This document shows, one piece after another, positions 43,093 through 43,716 of a stretch of 43,716 nucleotides of DNA. Location: the sequence record SRR22947727_1448; one strand, 5' to 3'. The first letter of the stretch is position 1. Every line of letters starts with the position of its first letter. A program made the translations under genes and the position numbers. The notes under the pieces were generated by a model. The model was not told the origin of the DNA, searched no databases, and saw only the letters and a list, made by a program, of their open reading frames with translations.

Positions 43093-43716
43093 ATGCAAGA
43101 CACTGGTGAAGACACAACCCATTTTGGTTTTGAAACCGTTCCAGAGGCTGAAAAAGCCGGCAAGGTACAGGGTGTTTTCACCTCCGTAGCCAGCAAATAT
43201 GACGTTATGAATGACGTCATGAGCGTTGGCATCCACCGCATTTGGAAAGAAGCGATGATGGATTGGCTGGCCCCAAGACCTGGGCAAAAGCTTCTCGATG
43301 TCGCTGGCGGCACTGGCGACATCAGCTTTAAGTTCCTCAAGCGCGCGGGGTCTGGCCATTCCACAGTGCTTGATATCACTGAAAATATGCTCATCGAAGG
43401 GCGGAAACGCGCTGAAGCTGCGCAGATGGTGGATAACTTGGATTGGGTTGTCGGCGATGCAATGGCCCTGCCCTTTGCCGACAACAGCTTTGATGTCTAC
43501 ACCATAAGCTTTGGCATTCGGAATGTAACACGGCCGCAAGAAGCCTTAAATGAGGCCTTCCGCGTCCTGCGCCCCGGGGGGCGGTTGATGGTTTTGGAAT
43601 TCAGCCAAATACCCGTGCCTTTGGCGCAAAAGGCCTATGATCTCTATTCCTTCAATGTGATTCCACGCATGGGCCAGATGATCGCCAATGACCGCGACAG
43701 CTATCAATATCTTGTC
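43093..43716 (+). CDS. ubiE: Ubiquinone/menaquinone C-methyltransferase (3' end outside window)
   Basis: My translation from ATG 43093 gives [44 protein letters not shown]. No stop in the window, so it is missing from the ORF track. Confidence 0.95.
   Translation, partial: MQDTGEDTTHFGFETVPEAEKAGKVQGVFTSVASKYDVMNDVMSVGIHRIWKEAMMDWLAPRPGQKLLDVAGGTGDISFKFLKRAGSGHSTVLDITENMLIEGRKRAEAAQMVDNLDWVVGDAMALPFADNSFDVYTISFGIRNVTRPQEALNEAFRVLRPGGRLMVLEFSQIPVPLAQKAYDLYSFNVIPRMGQMIANDRDSYQYLV

Overview
Core-chromosome segment of an alphaproteobacterium. Gene content and order point to Rhodobacterales/Roseobacter group (inference, not a database match). From left to right it holds petABC (petA partial), thiBPQ under a TPP riboswitch, a small lipoprotein, aroC, PCu(A)C, rnr with a lytic transglycosylase, an orphan NusG/RfaH paralog, a LexA-boxed stand-alone dnaE2, a thiolase and a cycA-hemA/idi trio. 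Next come yaaA, recQ, yggT, a thioesterase, an MFS transporter, mepA, yhhQ, arfB, an aminotransferase-III/kinase pair, pncBA, trhO and an FAD oxidoreductase. The right end is gyrB-lysE-recF-dnaN-dnaA-rpsT-ech-mutM/ubiE (ubiE partial). I saw no mobile element, CRISPR array, tRNA or rRNA. The most interesting signals are small: (1) a ~200-nt promoter-to-terminator unit before arfB with a 17-nt perfect complement of the 16S rRNA 3' end and an 18-codon ORF; (2) a compact preQ1-I-like riboswitch overlapping the yhhQ RBS; (3) tandem NrdR-like boxes upstream of gyrB; (4) a DnaE2 with no OB-fold and no adjacent imuAB; (5) a possible photosynthesis-cluster remnant; (6) unusual Qo-site substitutions in cytochrome b.
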